Source: a virus (lineage: Duplodnaviria > Heunggongvirae > Uroviricota > Caudoviricetes). From it: a stretch of 64,000 bases of DNA. The notes below the pieces were generated by a model that was given only the letters and a program-made list of their open reading frames with translations, had not been told where the DNA came from and ran no database searches. The stretch lies in the IMG/VR virus record IMGVR_UViG_3300012165_000089; one strand, given 5' to 3'. The stretch's first letter is position 1. The number at the start of each line of letters is the position of its first letter. A program made the translations under genes and the position numbers. Shown piece by piece: positions 1 through 9,900 of this stretch.

Positions 1-1
1 C

Positions 2-633
2 AAATACAAGGAAGACGGCACGATAAAAAAAGACAACCGGGAAAAGTGGGTGTGGAGCAAAGGTTACCTGAAGACGAAGATGGAGCTTGCCGAAATCCAA
101 AGGATCATCGCCGAAAAAAGAAAACAGTCCCATTACAGGCTGGCCAACTACATCCTTTCCCTTGGTCTGGATGTAAGGGTGGAAGCCATGAGTTTCAAGG
201 GGCTTCAAAGAAGGGCGAAAGAAACGACAGTCAATGCGGAGACAGGAAAAACCAACCGCAAGAAACGTTTTGGGAAAACCATTGCAAACTGGGCACCGGG
301 TCTGCTGATAACTCTGATCGACAATAAGCTGAAATATTTAGATCTTGCCCTAAAAAAATAGACACCCACAAAGTGAAGGCCAGCCAATTTGAACACTTCA
401 CAGAAACCTATGAGAAAAAGCCGTTGTCAACACGTTGGAATAGATTTCCCTTGGGAGATGTCCAAAGAGACATGTACTCGGCATTCCTCATCATGAATAC
501 AAAAGAAAACTTGAAAGAGATTGATGTGACCAGAGCCAGGGCAACCTTTGCAAACTTCTTAGAGCTGCATAACAAGGAAATAGACAGAATCAAAGCGTTA
601 GATCAGGAACAGCTAAGTAGTATGGGAATATAA
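2..633 (+). pseudogene. TnpB-like (IS200/IS605 OrfB family) RuvC-domain protein, 3' portion entering from the left window edge. It is split into two frames (2..361 and 352..633) at an A7 tract (352-358), and the zinc-finger cysteines are replaced.
   Basis: Frame 2 is open from nt 2 (KYKEDGTIKK...). Segment LSLGLDVRVEAMSFKGLQRRAKET resembles the RuvC-II IEDLNVKGM..LAKSI region. After a +1 shift at taaaaaaata the reading continues IDTHKVKASQFEHF...TRWNRFPLGDVQRDMYSAFLIM. This matches the TnpB C-terminal pattern VDP.YTSQ.C..CG...F.C..CG..DRDxNAAxNIL with every Cys substituted. Confidence 0.4.
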
Positions 634-830
634 ACAGAATTACAACCAAGGTTTTGAAGTGAGCCTACAGGACGTTAATGGCGGTAGCGGCCGCCTTGTC
701 TATGAAAGTCTAGGGGAAGCCCACCAGTGACTGCCAGGAGCTTGAAAGCGTCCGGCAGTAGAAGTGAGCCAGTACCTTAGAACCTTGCGACTTCAGTCGT
801 GAGAGCTTCAGTACAGGATGGATATTGAAA
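634..830 (+). ncRNA. GC-rich structured 3' tail of the TnpB-like gene, a candidate omega-RNA (reRNA)-like scaffold
   Basis: Local GC rises sharply against the AT-rich flanks. It contains the palindrome ggcggtagcggccgcc and several further hairpins. No ORF with an RBS is present. TnpB guide RNAs are encoded at the 3' end of tnpB and the right end of the element. Confidence 0.25.
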
Positions 831-857
831 AAATGCTTTCTGAAAGGAGACTATCCT

Positions 858-1100
858 ATGGGGTTAACAATTAAAAAAATGGATGAAATACATAAGGCTG
901 TATACGATGGCAGTATAGACTTTGACAGATTAAACGTGGAAGAACAATCGTTTGCCCTGGGTATTGTAATAAGTGCAGGTGGAAGAGGAATATTAAGAAA
1001 AGACCACTTTAATGAAAAACAGTTTAGATTTCTTAAAGCAGCTCAAATAGCGTTGAGTGAACAAATTAACTTTATCCGGCAGTGGCCAGGGAAGGAGTAA
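858..1100 (+). CDS. Hypothetical small protein (phage-like early region)
   Basis: In-frame ATG at 858, preceded by aaggaga at 7-nt spacing. The ORF track shows a longer ORF from 825. Confidence 0.45.
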   Translation: MGLTIKKMDEIHKAVYDGSIDFDRLNVEEQSFALGIVISAGGRGILRKDHFNEKQFRFLKAAQIALSEQINFIRQWPGKE

Positions 1101-1101
1101 T

Positions 1102-1515
1102 ATGAGGGAGATATTATTTAAGGCTAAGCGCAAGGATACAGGCGAATGGATAGAGGGAGATTTGTCACAGGATAGAGATTTAGAGACTTGCTACATACAA
1201 GGATTTAACTATTACAGCAATGATTCCGGTTTACAACGGGAAACTTTCTGTTTTGAGGTAGATCCCAAAACTGTTTGTCAGTTTACTGGCCTGCATGATA
1301 AGGACGAAAAAAGAATCTGGGAGAAGGATATCGTCAAATGCGATAAGAGAGGCGCGGCATTCTTCCATAGTTGTGTAGTATGGAATGATACTAAAGGCAG
1401 ATATGATGTAATAGCAATGGATTGCCTTTTTCCAATAACCCTTGATAGTCAAGATGATATATCAATACATGGACGGGATTATGAGGTAATTGGAAACCTT
1501 TATGAGGAAAATTAA
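1102..1515 (+). CDS. yopX: YopX-family phage protein
   Basis: N-terminus MREILFKAKRKDTGEWIEGDL and C-terminus VIGNLYEEN match YopX family hallmarks (MREIKFRAW... / IGNIYEN). RBS ggaaggag lies upstream of the ATG at 1102. Confidence 0.6.
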   Translation: MREILFKAKRKDTGEWIEGDLSQDRDLETCYIQGFNYYSNDSGLQRETFCFEVDPKTVCQFTGLHDKDEKRIWEKDIVKCDKRGAAFFHSCVVWNDTKGRYDVIAMDCLFPITLDSQDDISIHGRDYEVIGNLYEEN

Positions 1516-1537
1516 AATTATACCAGGAGGATATTAA

Positions 1538-1690
1538 ATGTATCTAAGCAAAGACCAAATTGAGGCCTTAAGCGTGGCATTGGAGGCGATGGAAAACGGT
1601 GGAGTATATAATGAAGAGCAGTCGAAAGCCTGTGATACAGTTGTTAAAATGCTTGCTTCTGCCAGAAAAGAACAACGACGCAGGAAATAG
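1538..1690 (+). CDS. Hypothetical 50-aa protein
   Basis: ATG at 1538 after the RBS ccaggagg; stop TAG at 1688-1690. It fits the regular spacing of the + strand gene train. Confidence 0.35.
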   Translation: MYLSKDQIEALSVALEAMENGGVYNEEQSKACDTVVKMLASARKEQRRRK

Positions 1691-1726
1691 AAAAAGCAAG
1701 CCAATTAAAATTCAGGAGAAAAAGTG

Positions 1727-2122
1727 ATGGAAGAAAAAATGTTTGATTTTAGTAATAAAGAAATGGTAGCGAATAAATTACAGAAACTTTTAAATAGTAA
1801 TATTCCTAAAATGTCATTAGAAAAATTATTGGAAAGAGGTTATTCACACCTAAAACCATTTATAGAAGATGCAACAGAAGCAGAAATTAACGAGTGTGAA
1901 GAATACTTACTAAAGTATTGTGAGGAAGGATACAACGGGAATAAAGACATATTTAGCGATGAAAAATGTTGTTTTTATTGGGGATTAAACCATGGTGAAA
2001 TGGTGACAAATGATAATGGCTTAGCTAGAACAACTTACCACTATTTAACATTGGCAGGGAAAAAACATAAAGTTGAATTACTTTTGCAATATCACCCATC
2101 TTGTTATTTCATAGAAGAATAA
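1727..2122 (+). CDS. Hypothetical protein
   Basis: ORF with RBS aggag 8 nt upstream. AT-rich phage-like cluster. Confidence 0.5.
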   Translation: MEEKMFDFSNKEMVANKLQKLLNSNIPKMSLEKLLERGYSHLKPFIEDATEAEINECEEYLLKYCEEGYNGNKDIFSDEKCCFYWGLNHGEMVTNDNGLARTTYHYLTLAGKKHKVELLLQYHPSCYFIEE

Positions 2123-2152
2123 AATTAGATTATTGGAAAGGAAGGTAATTAG

Positions 2153-2581
2153 ATGTTATACGATGTTGCTGTAACTCAAATACATGGGTGGAAATATCAG
2201 ATAGAAGCTGATTCAGAAGTGGATGCACACATAAAAGCTGCACAATATTTTGATAATGCTGATGATGGTGTAACGGGCGTATGTACAGCATGTAGTGTAC
2301 TCAATACCAGCTTTGATGCTATTCCAGTCAAAACTCAGCAGAATTTATCAGTAAAAATGTTGGAAGTGCTTGAAAAGCTTAGATTCACTGGTGAATTTAT
2401 TCGTTATGACGGTGGCTTTTGGAGTTGGGCGGGAGTTGAATTAAAGCCGCTTTATAATGGTGGTCGTTATATGGGTGATGCTCCTGTCTGGCACTGTGAT
2501 GTGAAAACACTCCGGGCATTACAGAAAAGGGGACTGGTTAAGTTGGATGAAGTTGCAAAGATTTGTATTCTGGTAAATTAA
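2153..2581 (+). CDS. Hypothetical protein
   Basis: ORF with RBS ggaaaggaagg. Confidence 0.5.
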   Translation: MLYDVAVTQIHGWKYQIEADSEVDAHIKAAQYFDNADDGVTGVCTACSVLNTSFDAIPVKTQQNLSVKMLEVLEKLRFTGEFIRYDGGFWSWAGVELKPLYNGGRYMGDAPVWHCDVKTLRALQKRGLVKLDEVAKICILVN

Positions 2582-2595
2582 AGTTGGAGGTTTGA

Positions 2596-2862
2596 ATGAA
2601 AAAATCAGAAGTTAAAAAGATAATCACCGAATACAAACCGCATAAAGGGTTTTTTGACTTGTCAGAGCAACCGGAAACGTTAGGAGATGTGAAATATGCA
2701 GAGATTTTAAATATACAAAACTTTTTAGCTACCGAGAGTGTGAAATTTGCAGATGAAAATGTTAGGAAAAATAATAAGTCGGCATGGGAGGAACTCAAAG
2801 CACTGTCAGGACAATTGCAAGCAATTATATTCCATTGCTGGGAATTTGCCAAGTTAAATTAA
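2596..2862 (+). CDS. Hypothetical protein
   Basis: ORF with RBS ttggagg. Confidence 0.5.
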   Translation: MKKSEVKKIITEYKPHKGFFDLSEQPETLGDVKYAEILNIQNFLATESVKFADENVRKNNKSAWEELKALSGQLQAIIFHCWEFAKLN

Positions 2863-2904
2863 TTTTTGAGAAAGGTGAAATTAATTTTTGAGGGAGGTGA
2901 AGTA

Positions 2905-3285
2905 ATGGTATCTTCGGAATTTAATAAACGCAAAGAGATATTAGATAGATATTTTTGTCATCCCAGATGGACTTATAAAGGTGATGATGATTGGGAGTAT
3001 GAATATTACAAAGGCAAGCGAAATCTCCAAGAATTGGAATATGCATTAAACATTGTGTTTGACGAATGCGAAATGTCCATCATAGAAAAACGATACTTTA
3101 AGAACAATGATGGCGAAATTATTGGTGGAACTATCGTTTGCAGTTTCGATGTTGCGGCAAATTTTAATGGTATTTATCAAGGGAGCGATATTGGAACTTG
3201 CTATTTAGCCTTTACTCTTGTACGGTATGGATTTTTATATAATCAAAGTGATAGGTTAGATTATTTGCTTGAACGGTTAAATTAA
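2905..3285 (+). CDS. Hypothetical protein
   Basis: Start chosen at the ATG after gagggaggtgaag. The ORF is open from 2866. A 20-nt near-duplicate (taatttttgagRRaggtgaa) lies upstream. Confidence 0.45.
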   Translation: MVSSEFNKRKEILDRYFCHPRWTYKGDDDWEYEYYKGKRNLQELEYALNIVFDECEMSIIEKRYFKNNDGEIIGGTIVCSFDVAANFNGIYQGSDIGTCYLAFTLVRYGFLYNQSDRLDYLLERLN

Positions 3286-3307
3286 AATTTGACGGAGGAA
3301 GATAAAA

Positions 3308-3757
3308 ATGAGATTAATTGATGTAATGTTTTGTGTTTTATTGCTGATGGTGTCTGGTGTTACGGTGCTGATGGTAGTAGCCGTTGTGGCAGGCAGCATA
3401 GGCAGCCCAGAAGTTGAAGTAAAGAAGATGATAAAAGCATCAGAAGTTGATATGGTTATTAAAGATTTCGCAAAACATATTATTGAAAAACACGTTCTTT
3501 TATCGGAAAATACAGCAATCATTTGGGTGAATGGTGAAGATGTTTCTGATATTATAAAATTAGTATTTTTATTTTCTGAAGCATCCTTAAAAGAAAAAGA
3601 CATCAATTTTCAACATACACTACAATTGCGATTTGACCATCTATCGGAAATGGTTCAATTGGATTTATCAGAACTTCCTCTTGAAAAAATTGGAGTAACT
3701 AAAGATGAATTGATTCACCTATTAAATGAATATGATGAAATTGCACATACAACCTAA
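3308..3757 (+). CDS. Hypothetical membrane protein (N-terminal TM helix)
   Basis: ORF with RBS gacggaggaag. Hydrophobic N-terminus CVLLLMVSGVTVLMVVAVVAG. Confidence 0.5.
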   Translation: MRLIDVMFCVLLLMVSGVTVLMVVAVVAGSIGSPEVEVKKMIKASEVDMVIKDFAKHIIEKHVLLSENTAIIWVNGEDVSDIIKLVFLFSEASLKEKDINFQHTLQLRFDHLSEMVQLDLSELPLEKIGVTKDELIHLLNEYDEIAHTT

Positions 3758-4208
3758 ACAATCTTTAATAAAGAAAATAAGTAATACTACAGCAGATGAT
3801 TTAGTTAGTTTTTGGAAGAGCGTTTTAATGATTTCACGGTTTGGGAATTGGTGTGAATTAACGCAGTAATAACAGTCCCTTCCAGGGGACTATCCCAGGA
3901 TATGGTTCATGCGGTGTTTATATCGCATATCATTAGCTAAAACAGGTGGTGAGTGGTTGAATGGACATAAATTTTTGTACTGAAATGAAATGCTGGGTTC
4001 GGGATTAATACATAATCGCGTTGTAAGTGAAACTCTTCCGGTGATAAGCCGGGATAATCCTTGTTTAGTATTAACATAATGAGTGAACATATTAATACCT
4101 TGCTAACAGTTTGCCCTAGCAAACGGATATGTAGCAAAAACATATAACTATTTTATGAGGGATTTGATTTTAGCAAAAAGAATTGGTGAGAATAAAGGGG
4201 GATAACAT

Positions 4209-5075
4209 ATGGCTCGGAATCGGAATAGACCAGCATCACTAGTACATCAGGTCAAGGAGAAGTTAAATAGCATAACCAGATATGGTCAAAGCAAGCATCA
4301 AGATAAGCTGAATCATATTGCCGGAAATTATATTTATAGTTACGATACCCGAAAAGCATACTTGCGTCATGGCTGTGACTTCGTGCTGTGGTGCCGCGAT
4401 GTCTATGGTTGTCGAATGCTGGAAGATTGCCGTCAATATGCAGCTGCATATATCGCTATGCTCCAGCAAAAGGGTCAATCTCCATCCACTCTGAAGCTGA
4501 AAGCTGCTGCAATAGCAAAGCTCTATAGCTGTACGACGGCAGAACTTGGCATTGTCACACCGGATCGCCGACGTGCAGACATCACACGCTCCAGGGGTAT
4601 TAAAAAAAGTGACAAGCATTTTTCAGAAACCAGAAATGAAGACTTGATTGCTTTCTGCCGTGGAACCGGACTAAGAAATCACAAAGAACTGCAGCAGCTG
4701 CATGGAAATCAACTCGTGTGTGATAATGATGGACAATATTGGCTCATGAATATTGTGGGGAAAGGCGGCAAGAAGCGTAATGTCCCCGTTTTGCCGGATT
4801 ATGAGGACGTGATAGCGAAATACTGTCGCAATGCCGGAGACGGACTTGTATGGCCTCACGTGAGCTCACATGCTGATATAGACAGCTATCGGGCTGATTA
4901 TGCCATGGCATGGTACAAACGACTTGCTCGGGATGAGATACCGAAATCAGAGCAATACCATTGCCGTAGGGAACTCGTTGGCGTCACGTATGATAAGGCT
5001 GCTATGCAGATTGTATCAAGGTACTTGGGACATAACCGGATAGGGGAAATTGCAGGACATTATCTTCATAGATAA
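4209..5075 (+). CDS. Tyrosine site-specific recombinase (phage integrase family), 288 aa
   Basis: Motifs RGTGLRNHELQQL (Arg box), GKGGKKRNVPV, and LGHNRIGEIAGHYLH (H-x-x-R ... Y). RBS aaagggggat. GC is clearly higher than in the neighbouring genes. Confidence 0.7.
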   Translation: MARNRNRPASLVHQVKEKLNSITRYGQSKHQDKLNHIAGNYIYSYDTRKAYLRHGCDFVLWCRDVYGCRMLEDCRQYAAAYIAMLQQKGQSPSTLKLKAAAIAKLYSCTTAELGIVTPDRRRADITRSRGIKKSDKHFSETRNEDLIAFCRGTGLRNHKELQQLHGNQLVCDNDGQYWLMNIVGKGGKKRNVPVLPDYEDVIAKYCRNAGDGLVWPHVSSHADIDSYRADYAMAWYKRLARDEIPKSEQYHCRRELVGVTYDKAAMQIVSRYLGHNRIGEIAGHYLHR

Positions 5076-5095
5076 TTGAGATTTTCAGAGATGAG

Positions 5096-5488
5096 GTGAG
5101 AAATATAATTCAAAATAGCAAGAATGAGATTGTTTCAATAACCAGTTTTGATGAATCAGAACAGAGAACCGCACCTTTTCCTTTTTGTGAGCGTAAAATC
5201 CTTAGTAAAACTGACGATGTGATCGATGACCCATTTTTCTTGATTGCTGCATTAAGTTATTTGCGTGTATTGCCAAAGAGTCAACTGTTATTTAGTTCGC
5301 AATGTTTTGAATTTGATTTCTCTGCTTTTCAAAAAGGCGCGAGTGAGGGATTCATCGTTCCTTATGCAGATCCCGAAAGTTTTATTAGTAGAGGAATTGT
5401 TAGTACCATTGTTCATGCATATAGAGGACGCACTCTGAGTAATATTACAGTAGGTGATTTAATTGCTTTTCTGGAAGAGGCAGTTTGA
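5096..5488 (+). CDS. Hypothetical protein downstream of the recombinase
   Basis: GTG-start ORF 20 nt after the recombinase stop. No recognised motif. Confidence 0.35.
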   Translation: MRNIIQNSKNEIVSITSFDESEQRTAPFPFCERKILSKTDDVIDDPFFLIAALSYLRVLPKSQLLFSSQCFEFDFSAFQKGASEGFIVPYADPESFISRGIVSTIVHAYRGRTLSNITVGDLIAFLEEAV

Positions 5489-5989
5489 ATTTCGCAAAGG
5501 AACGACTTGGAAAAGGCTGATTCTTTGTTAGCACCGAGGAAATCAGAGATTACTTTACAAGGATAGTAAAGGTGGTATCCGGCTTACTATACACAGAAAA
5601 AGATTAAAAGACATTTTGGGGAACAGACCGAAAATTGTCAAACAAACCAAATGTGATATATTATTGTCTTCGGCGGACGGATGGATACATATCCGCCATT
5701 AAAAAAAGAAGTTCTCAGCGGAGGATTTCTTTTTTATACCTTATCAAACAATTCCCATATACATAATTTCCTCGAAAGCATATGAAGAAATTGAGCCAGA
5801 TAGAAAAATGAAGAATTCCTTCTGTATTAATCGCATTTCAATAAATTTTGTATGGTCACAGAAGGTTAAAATGAAGATGGATAAAAACGAATGCTTTTCA
5901 ATATCCGCAGATACAAACTGTTTGATAAGAAGGGATATTTGTAGTAGAATATGGTTATTACATGAAAAATGGAAGAGGAGAAATTTAAT

Positions 5990-6799
5990 ATGAAGACAAG
6001 AAAAATGATGACAGCTGCAATGGCAGCGATTATGACGATGATAATGAGTGTAACGGCGCTTGCAGGATGGCAGACCGGTTTTGATGGCGAAAAAGCCAGA
6101 TGGTGGTATGATAACAACGACGGCACTTGGATGGAGAACGGCTGGCACTGGATTGATGATAATCAGGACGGAGTAGCTGAATGTTATTACTTCGATGGAA
6201 ACGGCTATATCCTGACGGATACAACAACCCCAGATGGTTACACAGTGTATACAAGCGGCGCATGGATCGAGAATGGCATCATACAGACGCAGACAGCAGC
6301 GGCGCAGTCGCAGAGTATCGCTAATGTAAATGTAACAGCCGGAAGTACCAAGAGTCTGAGTGACTATGGATATACCAATGGCTTAAGCGATTTAATTTAT
6401 GACTTGCCGAATCTGACCAGAGCGGATGTTGAAGCCATGTTTGGAGATGAGGCTGTTGTGAGTGACGGTACAAGCGATGGTTCGGGAGTTACATCGTATA
6501 AGTATGGAAACGAATCATTTATTATCTTTTTTAACGATAATAATGGAACAGTAAAAGGAGCAACGCTGTCATTTGACCGGGCTTTTGATGGTTTAAGCAA
6601 TAACGATGTGAAGAATGAGAGTACTGTTACCAAGGTGGCAAAATATCTGCAGAACAATGGGTATGATGTGCATGTGTATGCGCAAAATGAAGCTTTCGTA
6701 TTTCGTATCTCGACGGCTGGAAAAACATTAAAAATATCTTCTAATTCTGTTGATTATAAAAGTGGAATGGGGCAATTATCTATTGCTGTTGAGGATTAA
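5990..6799 (+). CDS. Secreted protein with an N-terminal signal peptide and cell-wall-binding (CWB, CW_binding_1/choline-binding-like) repeats
   Basis: MKTRKMMTAAMAAIMTMIMSVTALA, then GWQTGFDGEKARWWYDNNDGTWMENGWHWIDDNQDGVAECYYFDGNGYILTDTTTPDGYTVYTSGAW. RBS ggaagaggag. Confidence 0.65.
   Translation: MKTRKMMTAAMAAIMTMIMSVTALAGWQTGFDGEKARWWYDNNDGTWMENGWHWIDDNQDGVAECYYFDGNGYILTDTTTPDGYTVYTSGAWIENGIIQTQTAAAQSQSIANVNVTAGSTKSLSDYGYTNGLSDLIYDLPNLTRADVEAMFGDEAVVSDGTSDGSGVTSYKYGNESFIIFFNDNNGTVKGATLSFDRAFDGLSNNDVKNESTVTKVAKYLQNNGYDVHVYAQNEAFVFRISTAGKTLKISSNSVDYKSGMGQLSIAVED
6050..6275 (+). repeat. CWB repeat module (protein level) in the 5990 gene. The same module recurs at 31153-31389, 49442-49787 and 61471-61881.
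   Basis: Shared pattern G/W-x-x-x-G-W-x-Y...NGW.WID.N.DG..ECYYF...G......TPDG(Y/F)TV in four different proteins. Confidence 0.6.
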
Positions 6800-6807
6800 A
6801 ATATAAA

Positions 6808-6837
6808 GAAGAGGCCTTTCAAAGGCTTCTTTTTTTG
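6808..6837 (+). terminator. Rho-independent terminator
   Basis: gaggcctttcaaaggcttc hairpin followed by a T7 run. Confidence 0.6.
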
Positions 6838-6923
6838 TGTGCAAAAGAATACAGTGACCAATTCATTATAAAATCCATCCATAATTACTATCAGAAAAGA
6901 GTTTCGATGAAAGGGGAAAATTA

Positions 6924-9900
6924 ATGAAATGGAAACGATTAAGCAAACGAACAACGGCCTTTATTTTGGCATGTTGTATTGTGGTGGCAGCGTGTGCTTC
7001 TTATGTAGTTCAAGCTTATAAAAGTAATCCACCATCCTGGGTAATGGGAAGTGCGCGTGATTCGTGGAGCCAGGAAGTTGAAGCAAAAGCATTAAGTTAT
7101 GTAAATAAGCAAACACTTAAAGAGGGTATTAAGCCTACTAATCTAGGATTGATGCATGCCACCTGGAACCCAGGACCACTATATACCTTCCCATATACCG
7201 GCGTAACATATATGGATACAATTGAATCCGGTGATAGTCCGACATCTGATTTTGAAAATTTCAAGGGTTCCTTGATTTATTGCTCAACAGCACATCTGCC
7301 AGGTGCCGATCTATGGGGTGGTACTCAATTTTTCTTTGAAAATTATTGGGATGAAAATAATATTCCTGATTGGGTACAAGGAAGTAGCGAAGAAGAACGG
7401 ATATTTAACTTCTATCTCATGGTGTGTGCCATTGGACTTGCGGATAACAAAACAAAAGGAAAAGGAGCCATTGGTGATGATGTTTTCGGCGGAGTAGCAC
7501 CGAATTACAATGGTGCCGCCGAATTCCTGGCAACATTCCCAATCGTTTATGGCGTAGAAACCAGCGGATTTGATATGAACGATATGAGTGCTGCGCTGCA
7601 GCAGTACCGGAACAACGTGCTTGTACAAAGAATCCAGAATGATGTCGCAGACAATCCTAAAGTAAAGGCCGAACTGGAGTCAATGAAAATCGTACTGGTT
7701 GGTGATTCGGTACAGTTGCTAAATTATATGGAGTATTTGTTTTGCTGCACATGGAGAGCGGCGAACACGGCTATTGCCTTACACTCGGCGTCTCCGGATT
7801 ACGCATACGAAATCAGTGAGGATGGCGATCACTATTCGGTTGTCGTCAGTTACCCATATACACCGGTAGATGGAGCGATATTCAATGGCATCCTGCGTTT
7901 TGACGTTACCACATTTGGTGACTGGGTAAATCAGGGATACGTCTATGATGACATTCAAAGAGTACTGACATATACCTTTACTTCCGATACGGGCATTGCT
8001 CCTGATGACGGAATTGTTGCGAAAATGACGGTCAGTGAAATAGGGGACGAGAATGCATTCTTCATCGCAAGCAATAACTCCAAACTGGCAACGTTCAAAT
8101 GCTGGTCGCGGGCATTGGATAACAAAGGTTTAGAAAAATATCCATTGTCAGATCCCAAGGCAGGTAGTTTTGATCTTTGCCAAACATTCTTCGCCGTGGC
8201 TGGTGGTAACGAAATTCTGGTACGCGCCGGGATAGTTGCAGGTGACGGCACTGTGGAAGTGAAGCGCTTTAAACACGAAGAAGGTTGGCAGAGCGATTAC
8301 AATGTGGATCTGGCAAAATTCGATTCAGAAACTGGCAAGGCACTGGAAGGTGCGGTATTTGATATTTTGGAGAAGGATACATTGGATTCACAGTTACCAT
8401 CTACCAATCTGGATGACACTGGCCCACAGGGAAGTTTAAACGGCCAGGGTACCTTTGTAGTAACCGAATGGGAAGAGGGCGATTCTCATGATACGATTGA
8501 TGAAAATTATTCCGGGTATAATGACAGCGCACTTGTTGCATCCCAGGTAACCTTATATAATTGGGGAAATGACAAGGGGACGCAGTTTACGCGTTGGGAT
8601 GACCCATGGAGTGATGCATGTGGCAAGGATACCAATGTCACTGGTGCCGATGGTCATTTGTATTACGGCGATAACTATGGAAATAACTCTGGAGATTCAG
8701 CACATGGCGATACATATCGATACAAATATCAGAAAGGTTACTGTACCGGTCATCCGGCACCAGTAATTGATTACGTTGAAGTTCCCGAAGAGGAGACGGA
8801 TGATGATGGAGACGTAACGAATCAGGATGAAATCGATGCGGCGATTGAGGAAAACAAGCGTCTGCATAGAGAAGCTTGGGGCGCATGGAACGCAGAAGTT
8901 CAGAAATGTGACCAGTTGGCAACCGAGGGCGGTTTCTTCCACTGCATTACGCCGGGAGACATTGCAAAAACGGCATTGGAAGAAGACAGGGATGTTTTCT
9001 ACATCAATTATATTTCTCTAACCTATGATTATTCCGCAGAAGAAACAAAAGCCAGAACCGGATATATCCTGCATGGATTGCACACTGATGACATTCCACT
9101 TGAATGGCGCATCGTAACATCCAGTCAGTTTAAAGATTATAACGAAAACGGCCTAAGTCATAATAAAGGTGGCTCCTCAGGTGGAAACGGTAGCAATGAT
9201 GACGATGCTGATTTATTCAGCAGCTATCGCTCCATGGCCTCTATCGTGGAACCTGGTGAAAGTGCAGAAGCAGACATTATACCGGCTACCACGAAAACAG
9301 AATCAAGAGCAGCAAACTTCGTGAAATTAGCAACCGGTTCTGATGCAGAAACTACAAGTGATGCCGATGAGGATTATGATGAAGTTGCTGCGGATCAAAT
9401 GGAAGATTATGAAATTGGCAGTGACAATAGTATTGTGAAACTAAGTCTTCTTTCGGTAACAAAAGCAACCGGTTCTGATGCAGATGGAGCAGACATTGCT
9501 GGTGAAAAGGACTTATCAGGAACTAAATCCACTTGGACATGGACGGGATTAGTAGAGGAAGCGGTAGAGACGGTAAAAACATTTCTTCATATTGGAACCG
9601 AAAGTGATGCAACCAAACTTATACTTTTTAGTGGCAGCATGGTATCGGCGAGTGACGACGACGATGATGATGATGGAAGTAGTAGCAGCAGCTCTGTAGG
9701 GAGCGGTCTTAGAAATACGATAAAACTATTGTCATCCGAAGCAAATAAGGTAATTCTTAATCGCTCCGATATCCTTGATTGGACTTTTATCTTATATAAC
9801 CACAGAACCGAGGGCGAAATTCACTTCAATAAGCGTGACATTGACCTGCAGGCGAAAGAAGATGGATATGATAGCTACGGTCAAAGTAATGGTGACGGCA

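Noticed and set aside
3960-4010. tRNA-like fragment (gctgggttcgggatt, resembling a T-psi-C arm) upstream of the tyrosine recombinase, as a possible tRNA-derived att site
   Set aside because: A complementary stem or acceptor arm could not be folded and no full cloverleaf is nearby. It is kept only as a weak att hint inside finding 17.
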